Source of the DNA: Marsupella aquatica
Taxonomy: Eukaryota; Plantae; Marchantiophyta
Assembly: GCA_973895155.1 (NCBI GenBank)
Contig: OZ316897.1
Location: forward strand, 8,081,732-8,145,731
Direction: 5' to 3'
Length of the DNA stretch: 64,000 nt
In this document: one piece after another, positions 12,792-26,117 of the stretch
How the letters are laid out: every line of letters begins with the position of its first letter
Numbering within the stretch: the first letter of the stretch is position 1
The notes under the pieces: model-generated
Database searches by the model: none
What the model saw: only the letters and a program-made list of their open reading frames with translations
Told to the model about the DNA's origin: nothing
Program-made: the position numbers and the translations under genes

Positions 12792-15065
12792 AGACAGAAC
12801 TTTTGTGGGGTTGCTAGCATTTCGTAAACTTAGTAAATGCTACGAAATTTCTTACAATTCCAACAGCGTATTACAGCCTGTCACCTTCCTTCCTTTCGAT
12901 TAATGTACCGGGGAAGGTCAGATGTTTCACAATTTATACAATTTTGTCTCAATACAAACAATCCATGTTCCCAATACGGGCCATGGATATTGTTTTCCGT
13001 TATCCAACGAGTCCTATGAAGGGTTGCTTTGCGTGACCCTGGGTGCAGGTGCAAGGACCGAGCTCTGTTCCCCGATAATCAATTTATTGTCCCTTTGGGG
13101 TCAGATTTGGGGTTTTAATGTGACGTCTCTTACTACCACTACCACTCCTTCCAAACGTGTCTAGAGTTTTTCCCTCATTTAGGAAGGTTTTTGAGTGAAC
13201 GATCACAACCCACCCCAGACTTGATACTTCCGGTATGAGCAGCAGCATAGGATTTGCTTCACGTCATCCTCAGAAAAAAATACTTTCTGAAGAGTCAAAA
13301 TGCAGGACGCTGGAGTGTGAAATATTTCTTTTCTAGGAGCAGCATTTTGCATTCTCCATGGCGAGGTTTCCATTCGTCTTCTGCAAGCACAGGCAGCATA
13401 TGTAGTTCGATTCTACGTCTCTCGCTCTCTGCCGATTTTTGTTCTATAATGAAAGGCATGGCATACCTCGTTCGAGAACACATGGAAACATGCTGCCGAA
13501 GATTATGCAGCACAGGGCTGAACGCAACACATCAACCTCGTTCAAAGAAATTTCCACCCAAGAAAAAGTCGCACCTAATCACTCAAAGATCAATAGTGCA
13601 CCAAATCCTACAAAGATTGTGGAGCAGCCTGACGCCACACCATCAGTTTTGCTGGGCTTCAAAGCATGGAAGGATTTGTCCTGTCACTCAATTCCTAATT
13701 CTTATGTACCTCTGATTTTCACTGTTACGATGGAAAAGATGGGAAAGACTGCTCACAACGGTGATCCCGTGACCGCAAGTTACGGTATGGTGGAAGTTGG
13801 CACAGGGCCCCTTTAACAGCACTAAATGCACGTCCCCACAAAAGTAGCAACCCATAAAAGAGTGCTCGGTTGTTTTATGTTGTGAAGCTTTCCTCTCTTC
13901 TTCTTGTCGGGCAATTCATTCTTTCAGTTCGCTCTGAAACTTTTCGCTCGATTACATGATGAGTGAGACACAATAGTTGGAAGCAGTTCACGAGTCCGCT
14001 TTTTCTGATCTCGTCTCTTCTTGCTTGGGCTTGCTGGGCGTCGCTTCTCTTCTGGTCGCGGAGCGAGCGAACTGTACGAAGAAGCCGCGGGGGGTGAGGC
14101 AGAACGGAAGTAAATCATGAGACGTCTTGTACTCGGAGTATGTTGAGTAGCTGTCTCGGATAGGAGGAGGACAGATTGACAGATCGATGTCCGATTTCCG
14201 TGACCAGCAAGCCAAGCCAGGCATGAAACGAGCGAGGGAGCGAGGGAGCGAGGAAGAAGAGACTCAGGAAGGCACGAGGCAAGAGGCAAGATGGAGTAGG
14301 GAAGACACGGGAGCTTCGATGACGTGAGCGCAGACCGCGAACCGGGTGTAGGGAAATTGGATGGTAGCATCCTTGGCATACATGCAATAACAGTCTTGGT
14401 GCACCCAGGTCGTCTCTGGTCTTTTCTCCTCTGGTCTCCTCTCACTCCAACCACTCCGCATCGGATCGGATCGGATCGGATCGATCAATGGACTGGACGA
14501 GCGAATGCTTCGTATGGAGAACTGATGGCAGCTGCGTCCGAAGCACATCCGAGGAGTAGGAAATCGAGTTCCCTACGGCTCGTTACGTGCTAGCTTGAGG
14601 GCCTGGGCATAATTGAAGTTCCATTTTGTCAACAGCGTCTTCAATAAGTAGCACTACCATTTCATCGTCGCATGATCGCTAGTAGTTTGGTTACTTGGCA
14701 GGTCGCTAAACTCGTTCGCCTTGATCCGTCGTTACTGTAGATTCCGACATGAGATATTCTCGGTTTGTCGTGTACACAAAGGGAAGTAGACAGAGAGGCA
14801 TGCAGCAGAAGGCAAAAGGCACTTATGAAGGCAAACGGAATGATAGACGGCTCGCTTGCTCGCTGGGTGATTCTCCTACATTCGTGTGGGAAGGGAGAGT
14901 GTGAACTGCAGGATCGGCATTCTTTCGACATTCGGGATAATAATTAAATAAGCAAGAGGGACGCCACAGCGGAAGCAGACGCAAATCGGCGAAGCTTAAT
15001 TCGAATAGCTGATTTTAGGTGAGGCAGTGAAGGAGGTGGAGGTGGAGAGCGGCTAGATTGAAAGC

Positions 15066-16142
15066 ATGGCGGCCGCAAATGGGAGGCGACCTGCTCTGAA
15101 ATTGCCAATTCCAGCCAGGGATTCTAGTAGCTTCAACAGAATGATGAGTCCTGCAGCGATGCCCCTCCCTCTGCCCCCTTCCGCGGCTTCCTCTCCTGCC
15201 GGCTCTTACCCTCCACAGTATGCGTTCACTCCCAGCCCGGGCGGGCAGTTCAGGCTGCCTTTCCCACCGTCGCAGGAGAGGGATGTGCAGCTGGAGGATC
15301 TGGAGAGATGTGGGCTGTTAGGGTGCGGAAGCGAGGGGAAAGTCTACAAGGTGCGGCACAAGAAAACCGGCAAAATGTATGCGCTGAAGATCATCCAGGA
15401 GAAGCACGAACCGGCCTTGATGAGGCAAATCATTAGGGAAATGGAGATTCTCAAGGGGGCGAATTCGAAGTACATCGTGCAGTGCTTCGGTGTTTATGAG
15501 AAGGGTGGTGAAATTTCGTTCGTGCTTGAGTATATGGACGCTGGAACTCTAGCAGATGTGCTCCAAAAGCAGAAGAAAATATCCGAAAAGTACCTCGCTG
15601 AGATGACCAAACAAGTGCTGACTGGATTAGTATATCTCCACAAGAGGAAGATTGTGCACCGGGACATAAAGCCGTCGAATCTGCTTCTCAACCATAAACG
15701 GGAAGTAAAGATTGCGGATTTCGGAGTGAGCACAGTGCTGGCTCACACCATGGCTCAGTGCAATTCTTTTGTAGGCACTTGTGCTTACATGAGTCCCGAA
15801 AGATTCAATCCAGATGGGAATGGGGGCAACTACGATGGGTATTCGGCTGATATTTGGAGCTTGGGGCTCACTCTTTTAGAATGCGCAATTGGGCGATTTC
15901 CGTGCCTGCAGCCTGGGGAGAATCCGGATTGGCCCACTCTCATGTGCGCAATTTGCTTGGGAGATCCTCCGTCTCCACCACCCGATGCCTCACCTGAATT
16001 CAAAGATTTCATCCGGCGGTGCTTGCAAAAGGATCCCTTGCTAAGACCTCTAGCTGCAAAGCTTCTAACTCATCCGTTTCTTCTCAAGTACGAAGGATAC
16101 CCTGCTGATCTTACTGCCATACTACATTCCCTTCAATTATGA
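15066..16142 (+). CDS. MAP kinase kinase, group C/D (MKK4/MKK5-like), 358 aa, intronless
   Basis: N-terminal MAPK docking motif RRPALKLPI, GCGSEG P-loop, YALK, HRDIKPSN, DFG, activation loop T-x5-S (TMAQCNS) followed by VGTCAYMSPERF, and GYSADIWSLG. Lack of introns is typical of plant group C/D MKKs. Confidence 0.95.
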   Translation: MAAANGRRPALKLPIPARDSSSFNRMMSPAAMPLPLPPSAASSPAGSYPPQYAFTPSPGGQFRLPFPPSQERDVQLEDLERCGLLGCGSEGKVYKVRHKKTGKMYALKIIQEKHEPALMRQIIREMEILKGANSKYIVQCFGVYEKGGEISFVLEYMDAGTLADVLQKQKKISEKYLAEMTKQVLTGLVYLHKRKIVHRDIKPSNLLLNHKREVKIADFGVSTVLAHTMAQCNSFVGTCAYMSPERFNPDGNGGNYDGYSADIWSLGLTLLECAIGRFPCLQPGENPDWPTLMCAICLGDPPSPPPDASPEFKDFIRRCLQKDPLLRPLAAKLLTHPFLLKYEGYPADLTAILHSLQL

Positions 16143-17302
16143 ATGGCTCTTAGTCCGTTGATGCAGCTGGAACTCGGTTCAGGTCATGGTATGCTCACAC
16201 TCCGTAGATCCAGTTCCTCTCTCCCTAAATGGGATGATTTAGGGCCTTCCAAGCGGGTCACATTGACAGGAAGAGAAAGTTTTTTGCCTTTCAAAGGGCA
16301 CACCTAGCAGCGATGGCCTTGCAATGCTTTTGCCCTCACATGACGTTTTTCGTCGCCGGGATACACAGGGCCAAGCATTGCAACGTCTATCTGCGATTCG
16401 CATCATGATTGCAAGTGAGGTCAAACAAGGATTGTTTGCTGTCTTCTTATGGGCTTGCTTGTATTCTCCACGATTCTTTTTGTATTAGAGGAATTCTCAG
16501 TAATTCTTGCAGCTGTTACCGAAAAGAGGTGCGGATGATGGAGTTTGTAGAGGGAATATTGAGGAGGGTTTGGTAGTTGATGTTCCCTATAACATCTGGG
16601 ACCAGTGTCTCTGTGAATAAACTGTCCTTGTAAAATAGTTCCCTCCGATGATTGTGCATTTCCTTTTGCAGAAAGGATTCGTTGGTGACGATGGAGCCTG
16701 AAATTGATGGGTCGTTCGTGTGGAAGATAGGTGGACATTTTTACTGTAGCTAGAGCAATCTCCACCCTTACTTGAAGTGTCGGCAGTTGATGATTCCAGA
16801 TGGTTGTTACAGTTTTAGAAGTAAGGAAAATATCCTGCGGACGTAATCGTAGCAATAACTTTTGGGTTGAAGTTGGAGCTGATACTTAACCCTTTCATTT
16901 TAGTCGTTTCTCACGACATGCGATAAGGGACCTCGATCGGCCCTTACGAAGGAAGAGCTGTGTTAATGCACGTACATAAAGCTTCATGGTTCAGCAACTT
17001 ACTCACTGTCTTGCTATCATCAAATACTAAGTCGGTGCTACATTGCTCTGAGGGCTATGGGTCTCAATCCTTCTGAGCTCCCACTCGTGGGTTTGTCAGG
17101 TTTGTCCAGCAATGTGACAACCACCCGTTGAGAGCTCTTCAGGCAATTTGTGCATATCTGGTACATCTGGATGACGGCATCACTTTTCAGAGAGTGGTCT
17201 TTGTAATTTGATGAGACGTTTTTTCTTCAGCCGGGATACGCGTGCCGTTTTTGTTGAGATAACACTGTGAGGAATGTGAGTTCATGTGGTCCCAATCAAA
17301 CT

Positions 17303-17440
17303 TATCTGCTTCCTGAATTTTATACTCAAGAAAACTAAGACGTGCTATCTGCTTCCTGAATTTTAAACTCAAGAAATCTACGACGTCCTATCTGCTTCCT
17401 GAATTTTAAACTCAAGAAATCTAAGACGTCCTATCTGCTT
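17303..17440. repeat. 43-bp minisatellite, ~3.2 copies
   Basis: Unit TATCTGCTTCCTGAATTTTAAACTCAAGAAATCTAAGACGTCC. Confidence 0.9.
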
Positions 17441-20400
17441 ATCAGTGTACATTCATATCATGTTATTGTGACTTTGAGTTGCTCTTTTTCAGTTATAACT
17501 TGGTGCAGAGCTAGTTCCCATCTCTAACCCCACAACACCCCCTGTTTTGGTTGTCTGTCAAACCCAGCCGATGATCATGCTTTGCATTGTGGTCGATCCC
17601 CATATGTTGCGAACATTGTCAGGTGTGAGAGTTTGCTCGTTCATGCATTCTCTTGAAGTAGCTCCTAGCGGCCTCTTGGTGCGTAGGTGAAGCTGGTTCC
17701 CTAATGTACAGCAGAGCAGCAAATGCTTACCTGTTAGTCGCAATGATGTGCGAGGCAAACTTGCCAGAGTATGAAGGATTACTCTAGGTTGATGAACTGT
17801 ACACTTATTAGGTTGTCTTATCGGGGCTGATTTACAATAAATTTGACACCTGAAGTCTTACTGCGTTCTGTCATGCCACAAATGTGGGGTCTGCCAGAGT
17901 GATCAAAGTTACCTATGTGTATGCCTGATATGTTCCCGGGCAAAGAACGACAGATCGTGAATTACGACGGTGTACATCGGGAACCGCTTGCTTCTTATGG
18001 TAAAGGCAATGTGCCATTCATTTTAGTGCGACTGTCGATTTACACGGATGGTGGCTTCCTTTGGTTTGACAGACAACCAAAACAGGGGGTGTTGTTATGA
18101 CATCGTGACTCTCAAAAGAAACTCTCCTCGAGGTGGAAACTTACCTCGAAATGGATCAGATGGTTGATTATGCTTCAAAGGACCAGCACCAAAAGGCTTC
18201 GTCTGACCTATATTTCATGGTCCTTAGAATAATAAATTCAATTGTTGGTCCCATTAAGTCTTGATCAGTTCAGGCAGGGAATTTACACCTGAATGGCATT
18301 GTAAATTCCGATCTATTTCGTATGCTCATACTACCTCTCGTTCACAATATGAACCTATCCTCCGCATTAACGAGAAAAAAGAAGCAAGGGTGTATGTGAA
18401 ATTGCAAATGCCACTCACCTGCATTCAATTAGAAGCTTAAAATCATTTCTTTGCCTCTGATTAACAAAGTTCGTGAAGATAAAACCCAGCTGGATGCTAC
18501 CTTTCAAATGTGGCAGAGTTTTCTGTCGAATTTGACTCTTATGGACAGATTGAGCTTAAAACCTCACCGTTTCCTCAACTTTCCTCTTCAATCCATCCAT
18601 GTGATCATCGTTGATTATTTCCAGAAGGTAAACTGATTACATTCCTTCAAAGCGACTTTCGTGCAAATTGCTCGATAGTGCCATATATGGTTCTCTGTTG
18701 GCACCAATAATTGCTCTACTGGTTGCCCAGGTGGATTTGAATCAGTTAGTTCTGAAATCTACGCAGTCTAAAGCTAGTTCAGCTGACACAAATTCTACTT
18801 TATGCACTAAAACGTACTCGACTAATGGAAAGCATGAACGCGTGCAAAAATTTGTATACAATGGTTTAAGTTGTTGACTTCGGATGAATACCTCTCCATG
18901 GCGTTGTTGACCCAACTTATTGTAAGGCTTCTGCTTATCCAGCTATAGAGTCGAAAATATGACAGCCAATCTGGAGCCACAAGTACAGTTTGCACATTCA
19001 TTAGCAAGTATGCGGAGATATTTCGTCATGAATGATGCTGGACGGTGTGTCAAACATAGCCTGACGTTGCATGTCCCTCTTTTCTCTCTTGTGCAATGTC
19101 CCTGTCTTTGGCCGATGTGACTTTGACATTCTTTCCAATTTGATTGAAATCACGACCTTTATGGATAGTTTATGGCAAAAGATTACACAACACTTTGATG
19201 CTTTTCAGCTGTTTGCCGAATCTTTGGGTTCCGAATTTGGGAAATATTAATCCCGAGACAGAAACTATAGTAAAAGAACTTGAGGAGCTGATTCAGTTAT
19301 TACCATTTACTTCTGTAGATCTGTTTATAGAGAGATGTTTGGAGCGTTGCAGAACAGATTACAAACTACAATCTCAGCAAAGAGGAGTCCAAAATCCAGA
19401 CTGTAATTTCCGCAAATTGTGCAAATGATGGCTCCAGCATGGGACACTGGCGAATGTCGTGTCAAATTCTTGAGGTCGAATCGAGGTGAAGATGGCAGGA
19501 ACACAAAAATCAAACAAATATTAAAGTCTGCAGGACCCAGGCAAGGCTTCTATCCTCAAGGCAGGCTAGTTGAAAGCTTTACACAGTTTTCCTCTATACC
19601 CATAATGGTAACCAGCCAATAAGTCTGGTCGACACCATCAAAAGTTATAATAGAAGGTTGAGCCAAAAAATGCAATGGTCTTCATTCAATTTTGACATGC
19701 TGTTTTTGAGTGATAGAAATGAGAACTTGAAAAATTGAAAGGAATAAACCAAAAGTGATTTGGTGTGGATGGCTTACCAAGCAAGAAGAAAAACCAGGAA
19801 CCAATCATGACCCTTCATCAAAATATTGTTTTTTGGACACCATCAGATCTATCCATATACCCCATCCCTGACCCCATCTAAAATAAATCTCTACCCAAGT
19901 TGCCGTTTAGCCTGCTGTCACCTGCCTGAGGTTAAAAAATTAATTAAATTCATTTACATTTATGTTCTTTAAATTTAAACACTTAGAAAAAAACCACAAC
20001 ATGGTTTTCTCACCCTTGGCATATTTTTACTCCTGGACAATTTTTCCTCTCCTCTAGATCTTTTTTCATCTAGTTTGACATCTTTTCTCATCTCGATATC
20101 TTATCTTTTTCTCAGCTCGCCATCTTTTCTCTCCTTGACTTCTTTTCCACACCTCTACATCTATTTCACTCATCGACATGTTTTTTTCATCTCGACATGT
20201 TTTTTTCCATCTCAACATCTTCTCTCACCTCAACATCTTTTGTGCAACACACAGACATCCAGGTAATTGTAGATAATTTTTGAAAACATCCAAACATTGA
20301 GGGATAGATAATGTAGAGGGAGATAATTTTTGGCTAGTTGTAGAGAATTTTTGCTCTAACCTGGCAGTTTCACTCAAGACTTGTTTTGGTTCCTTCTTCT

Positions 20401-22261
20401 GTATTGGCCTCTTGGTCTTGGTTTTTTGCCATTCTTTGAGTTTCCACTCATCATTTGAGTCTGGTATCTCCCCTTACTAGAGTAGCGATCTCCACGATTG
20501 CTAAGCACCAAGGTGAGGAAAGGACTTGATTGAGGACAACTTAGGCAACCCTCCAAAGCAGAAGTGTCCAGTAAGCTGCCAATTGGAGGTGGCCCTTGAC
20601 TGACCCATCTGAAAGCACTCGCACCAGTACACACCAAACAAGCCTGTCATTAGGCTATGTAGCCTCATCAGGCAATATAGCCAGCTAATAAGGTGCTCAC
20701 ATATCCGGATCTTGAAGGGGGCTAACTTACAGTTCCCCACTTGTCCCACAATTCACACTCACCAAAAATGGCCAGCTGCAATTCAAACTACAAGAAAAAC
20801 TACCGAGTCAAGTGCACTTGCCAAGAGCAGCTGCAGAGACGTTTGATCAAAAGTGAGATGGATGATTGCGGTCATTGATTGGTGTTGTTGGGCTTTGTCT
20901 TGCTAACTTGTGCAGTGGAGGACTGTCAGCCTAACCTGAAAACCCACAGAAGACTTATGGCAAGCTCTTTCAATCTTAAAAGGTTGATTTATCTCAATAG
21001 CACAAAGACAGCACAATGGAAACCCAAAAAGAACATTCTGCATATTTAAACTACAATCTTATGGTGAACATGAACACCATCCCTATTAATTTCTAAACAA
21101 TATTTCTCACACTTTGAAATTGAAGATCCAATAGCTTGCGCCTCCCATGGCCATTGTTTGCCGTCCTCCGCCACCACCCCTCTTGCTAGCCATCGCTTGA
21201 TTGCATTCAATAACATATATTGATCTTGGGAGGCAATTACCAAAAATTGTAGGAACCACGTGCGATCCAAAATAACTATTTTTAATAAAAATAGATTAGG
21301 TTTTCAGAAAGCATAAGAGGTAAAATAAATTATTATAAACTGAAACTTATAATCTATTCTCTAATTATACATGCACACTGTTTATCATAAGTAAAATATA
21401 CCATTAATATTGAAAATAGAGAATATTTGAACAATATTTTTTTGAAACCTAGAAGTATTAAAATTAGAGTAGGGTTGGAATTACTATCCTAAAATATACT
21501 GAGTGACACTAAGTTTACCCTCCATGACGTTGATCTTTTGGATCTTGGCAAGGCCTTAGGTTTCTTGTCTCAATGCCATTTTGTAAATAAATGATGGAAT
21601 AAAAAAGAATGGGATTGAATATTGTAGCTGTTGTTTAGATATATTTCTTACGGAGTTAAGGTGAGGATTAGCTACAGTACTTGCCTTGGAAGATACTTTT
21701 TGTCATAAGTTTTCACAGTTAGAGATATGAATGTTAGATTCTCTTATATAGCTAATAAGTCACTACTTTGCTTTATTAGAAAATTAAGAAAATTTATTTC
21801 TTGTATTGTATTGGAGAGCAATGAAAGTTTCATGGCCCGTTTCATGGTTGATAGAGAGAGAAAACCAAATCTGAGCATGAGTAGTGGAATACGTACCCAC
21901 ATTAAAGTAAGGGATCGTGGGCTTGAAAGGAATGACAAAGAGTTATAGCACACTTTCATGTGAGGACCATTGTGCCTTGGGAGGTTAACTTAGTGTATAT
22001 TTGGGGTACCAAGTGGACAGCTTGAATGACATAGAGTGATAGCACTTTCATGAGTAAGGACCATTGCACCTTGGGGGTTAACTTAGTGTATATTGTGGGG
22101 TACCACGTGCACAATTTCAGTGAAAACCCTATCAACTTATTTGATAACTTTGGTACTCACAAAGTTGGTGACAAAGTAAGGTCCGTACTTACCACATGGC
22201 ATAAGGTACAAAGTCAAAGCCATCACCAACTTTGAGAGTACTTAGGGCATTTCAAAAGGCA

Positions 22262-22535
22262 AATTGATAACTTTGACTTTGTACTCTGGGGTAAAAGTAG
22301 TCAAGACGTCATGGTGATCCTGAGTATGGCATGAGGTCTTTCAGGTTCAAGGTCGCCAAGTCATCAAACTGGTTCAGTAATGTAATTGAAACCAACTGTA
22401 AACACTACAGAGACCATTTACACGCCACATTTTAGTCAAAAGTATAAACATTGTTATCTAAGTCAATTTAAATGTTCTGAGAAAGTCCATCCAAGCGTTG
22501 CTGGTCCATCTGGGCTTCGTAGACAAAGTGTGGGT
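22262..22535 (-). repeat. Dispersed repeat copy 2
   Basis: The reverse complement aligns co-linearly with 1600-1997. Confidence 0.8.
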
Positions 22536-23001
22536 CAGTCCATGCTTTAGTTTCATACATTGTGCTTTAAAAGTTTTGCCTCTAAAAGTGAAGACCTCTA
22601 CTGGCTACACGAGCATCACAAGTTTTGTCCTCCTTATGCATTGTGGGTGCCTGAGAAGATCCTGTCTATATGGTCTGTATATATGGTCTACAGTTTTCAA
22701 TTCCCCACTTCTCATAGACCCTATCCTGTTGATCGAGTTGCTACACTTCGAGGCTAGGCCAGAGATTAATTTCTACAGCTGACTTGCCAATTCTTTTGTC
22801 AAGATCAGTCCATCGTCTTGCCTGCTGGAGATTGACTGTTTTTGGGGATCGTTTTCTTGTCCTTCGTGCCTAGAATAGTTTACGACTGTAGTACTAAACA
22901 GGTCACGCAATTCTTTGAACAATGTCAACTTTATCATTGATGGGGCCAATTCCCAACACACTAGCTGAGGAGTCTACTTTGCAGCAGCGGTGAAGAAGGT
23001 A

Positions 23002-23567
23002 CAGTGAGACCTCGGTAATGGGCCATCATTGCAATAAATTAGGCAAATTGCAGGTACTGGTAAGTGCAACTGAACAAGGACTTCGCATTTATCAGAATCA
23101 TGATAAGTGCAATTCTTCCCTTCACTTGCACTTCTCAATAGACTGCAACTTGAATGGGTCCAGTACTTACAAGGGCAATTTAAATGGTTACACTATTGGT
23201 AACTGGAATTCTCTAAGCAATTTTGACTTACTAATAAGTGCAATGTGAATGAACTTAATTTTGCACTTAGTGGGAATTTGCAATTTACATGGGGAAAGTT
23301 GACATGACCGATCCATCAGACCAATGTGATAAGTGCAATTCGTGCATTCACTTGCACTTCTCAATAGACTGCAACTTGAATGGGTGCAATACCTACAAGG
23401 GCAATTTAATGGTTACACTAACTGGTAACTGGAATTCTCTAAGCAATTTTGATTTACTAATAAGTGCAATGTGAATGAACTTAATTTTGCACTTTAGTTA
23501 GTGGGAATTTGCAATTTACATGGGGAAAGTTGACATGACCGATCCATCAGACCAATGTGTCTCACTG
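23002..23567. mobile_element. Possible old Tc1/mariner (pogo-like) MITE containing an internal ~226-bp tandem duplication
   Basis: Ends TA|CAGTGAGAC ... GTCTCACTG|TG form a 9-bp perfect inverted terminus with the right TA possibly mutated. The internal duplication starts at 23101 and 23327. Confidence 0.45.
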
Positions 23568-23844
23568 TGTTCCATCTCATATCATCAATGCTACACAAAT
23601 GTTCTTGCACTTTTCTGCAAACTCAGTTATCAAGGCTGCACTTATCAGGTCTCAAGTATGTTACCCGTATGTATTAAACAAGGCACACACAACTCTTCAA
23701 TCTCAACTGTACCTTTGATGGGGGCTAATTCCACCCTGTCTGGGGAGAACACTCCATAGGAGGCTGCTGGTAAAATCACACATCAAAATGTGATAATATA
23801 AGATCTGCATTCATTGATTTAAAGGAAATAACTAGATTAAAGCT

Positions 23845-24262
23845 TATCATGGTATGGAGGGATGTCATATTTGATGTGTAGTTATTGAGACCCAGCATTA
23901 TCATGGTATGGAGAGATGTTGTAAGCCATATACATCACATTTTGATGTGTAGTTAGTGAGACCCCAGCCCCAGCATTATTATGTTATGGAGGGAATGTTG
24001 TACATCTCCTATGTGTCATATTTTGATGTGTAGTTAGTGAGATCCCAGGTCTGGAAGGATGTTGTACACTGTAATATTTTGATGTGCAATTAGTGAGACC
24101 CCAGGTATGGAGGATATTGTAGTGTAATATTTGGATGTGCAATTAGTGAGACCCAGTTATGGAGGGATGTTGTAACACTGAAATATTTTGATGTGCAATT
24201 AGTGAGACCCAGGTATGGAGGGATGTTGTAACACTGAAATATTTTGATGTGCAATTACTAAC
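23845..24262. repeat. ~55-bp degenerate minisatellite, ~7 copies
   Basis: Recurring TATGGAGGGATGTTGTA...ATTTTGATGTG(T/C)A(G/A)TTAGTGAGACCC. Confidence 0.85.
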
Positions 24263-24387
24263 CCCAGCAGGAGCAGTGGAAACGTACAACGTTGAAATGA
24301 TCAACCGGCCTTCTTGTTGGCTGACATGCAACCTGCCATGTGTACAATGCTAATTATACGTATTGGCTATTTAAGCCTGTTTAGTGC

Positions 24388-24706
24388 TGCCCATACCCAA
24401 ACATTCTGCTGCAGCATGATCTACCCCCTAGCTGATCATGTGGCCCGAATCAAATCTTGTCTTGGATTTGACGCTACTAGAGCTCTTCAACTAATCTGAC
24501 TAATGAATGACAAAGTTGGCTTTTTGGCAGCCATACAAAAGTCATTTTGCGATCTGGAAATGTGGACAAAAAACTTGGCCCATACCCAAACATTCTGCTG
24601 CAGTATGTTCTACCGACCTAGCTAATCATGTGAATAAAAAATCTTGTCTTGGATTTGACGCTACAGCTCTTCTACTTATCTGACTAATGAATGATGAATT
24701 TGGCTT
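24388..24706. repeat. ~190-bp tandem duplication
   Basis: CCATACCCAAACATTCTGCTGCAG...AAATCTTGTCTTGGATTTGACGCTAC...CTGACTAATGAATGA occurs twice. Confidence 0.85.
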
Positions 24707-26117
24707 TGGGTTTGCATGAACCACCGGCCCTTGACGTACATATCCTAAGGAACATGGATAGTTCTAGGAAATTGTACTAGCTTGAACTCTTCCGATCCTG
24801 AGAATATAACTGAAATGCTAAAAAAAAATTCTGATTGCTACAATTCTAACTGGACGGTGCACTTCAGGCGGATATGGCTTGGGTCCTCAGCTTCGTCAAA
24901 CAGTAATTAACCAAATTTCACAGGCAGGTCAGAAGGTCATGATCTATGTAGCTAATGGCTTTGGGTTTTTGGATTGGACCACCGGCCATGCGTGGACAAA
25001 AAGCAGGCAAGTCACGGATACTTCAAGGAAATTCTTGCTGCGCTTCACATTGCTGGGAATAGATTATCTAATAGAATTAATATCTGTACTCATCACCAGT
25101 TCATTGCTAGCATAAATTTACATGTCAATTGCAATTCAGTCGAATATGTCTTTGGGCCCTCGAATTCTGCTTGTAGTAGTAACCAAATTCACGGGTGTAT
25201 TCACGTGTAGCCGAGCCTTCGGATAACTTCCATCTTTTCTTTCCCACATGAGGCATCCCACCGTCCTCTCTATGTCCGGCTTAATTGTTTTATTCCGATC
25301 CTGGTCGGACTAGTCTGAAGCTATCATCCAAGGTCATCATCGTGTCAGGCCGCGATTCATGCTGGATCTGGAAGGTATAATGACATGTACATCTGGACAG
25401 CATGATCGACGAAAAAATCCCCCCAAGAGATCATCTCGAGACTAATGTCAGAGCGATCACACTCTCGACTTTGCTGAATGGACCTCGAAGGTCACATAAA
25501 GTCGCCCAGCACGAGTGGTTAAAGCTCCAGAACTCGATGATCATTCAATCGATCCCCGAAACTTCAAAAACATTGTCACGAGTCTACTTGTCGGTGTAAT
25601 CACAGTGCCACTAGGCTTTCATGAAATGCCGACTTCATCCAGCTCAACCCATCGTTGATTTGTAGTACTGTTATATAGTTTCAACAGCTATATGCAGCCT
25701 CATTAGCGTAACTGCGCCTGTTCCCAAGTCTGCATACTCAGCTTAAAATATCGTAATAGAGAAGTTGAAAAAAAGGTGTCGACGAGCTTAGCAGTAAGTA
25801 TAAAGAGTTCGAGGACGAGTTCCGTCAGCATCGGTTTGGAATTGTGAGCTGTTATTGTGAGCTGTTTATGTACACGTGCATACTAATTACACATGATCGT
25901 TACATCATTTTGGTCAGTTGGCTGCAGGAAGGTGAATTGAATGATCGGAGGAATGAAGAATGAAAAGATATAGTAAAGAAGCGGGAATATTGCATTTGAG
26001 CGAATGATCTCCAATATGTTGGCTGACCGTCATGTAGATGAAGCGAATCGGGAGGGGGCTGTCGAATGTGCGAATTGTGGAAAACTAGTCGAGAGCCGAG
26101 TAGACTTGGGGCAGATC

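Noticed and set aside
13254-13816. Overlapping 153-aa and 125-aa ORFs between the RRM and MKK genes
   Set aside because: No domain or compositional signal; consistent with chance ORFs in intergenic or promoter DNA.
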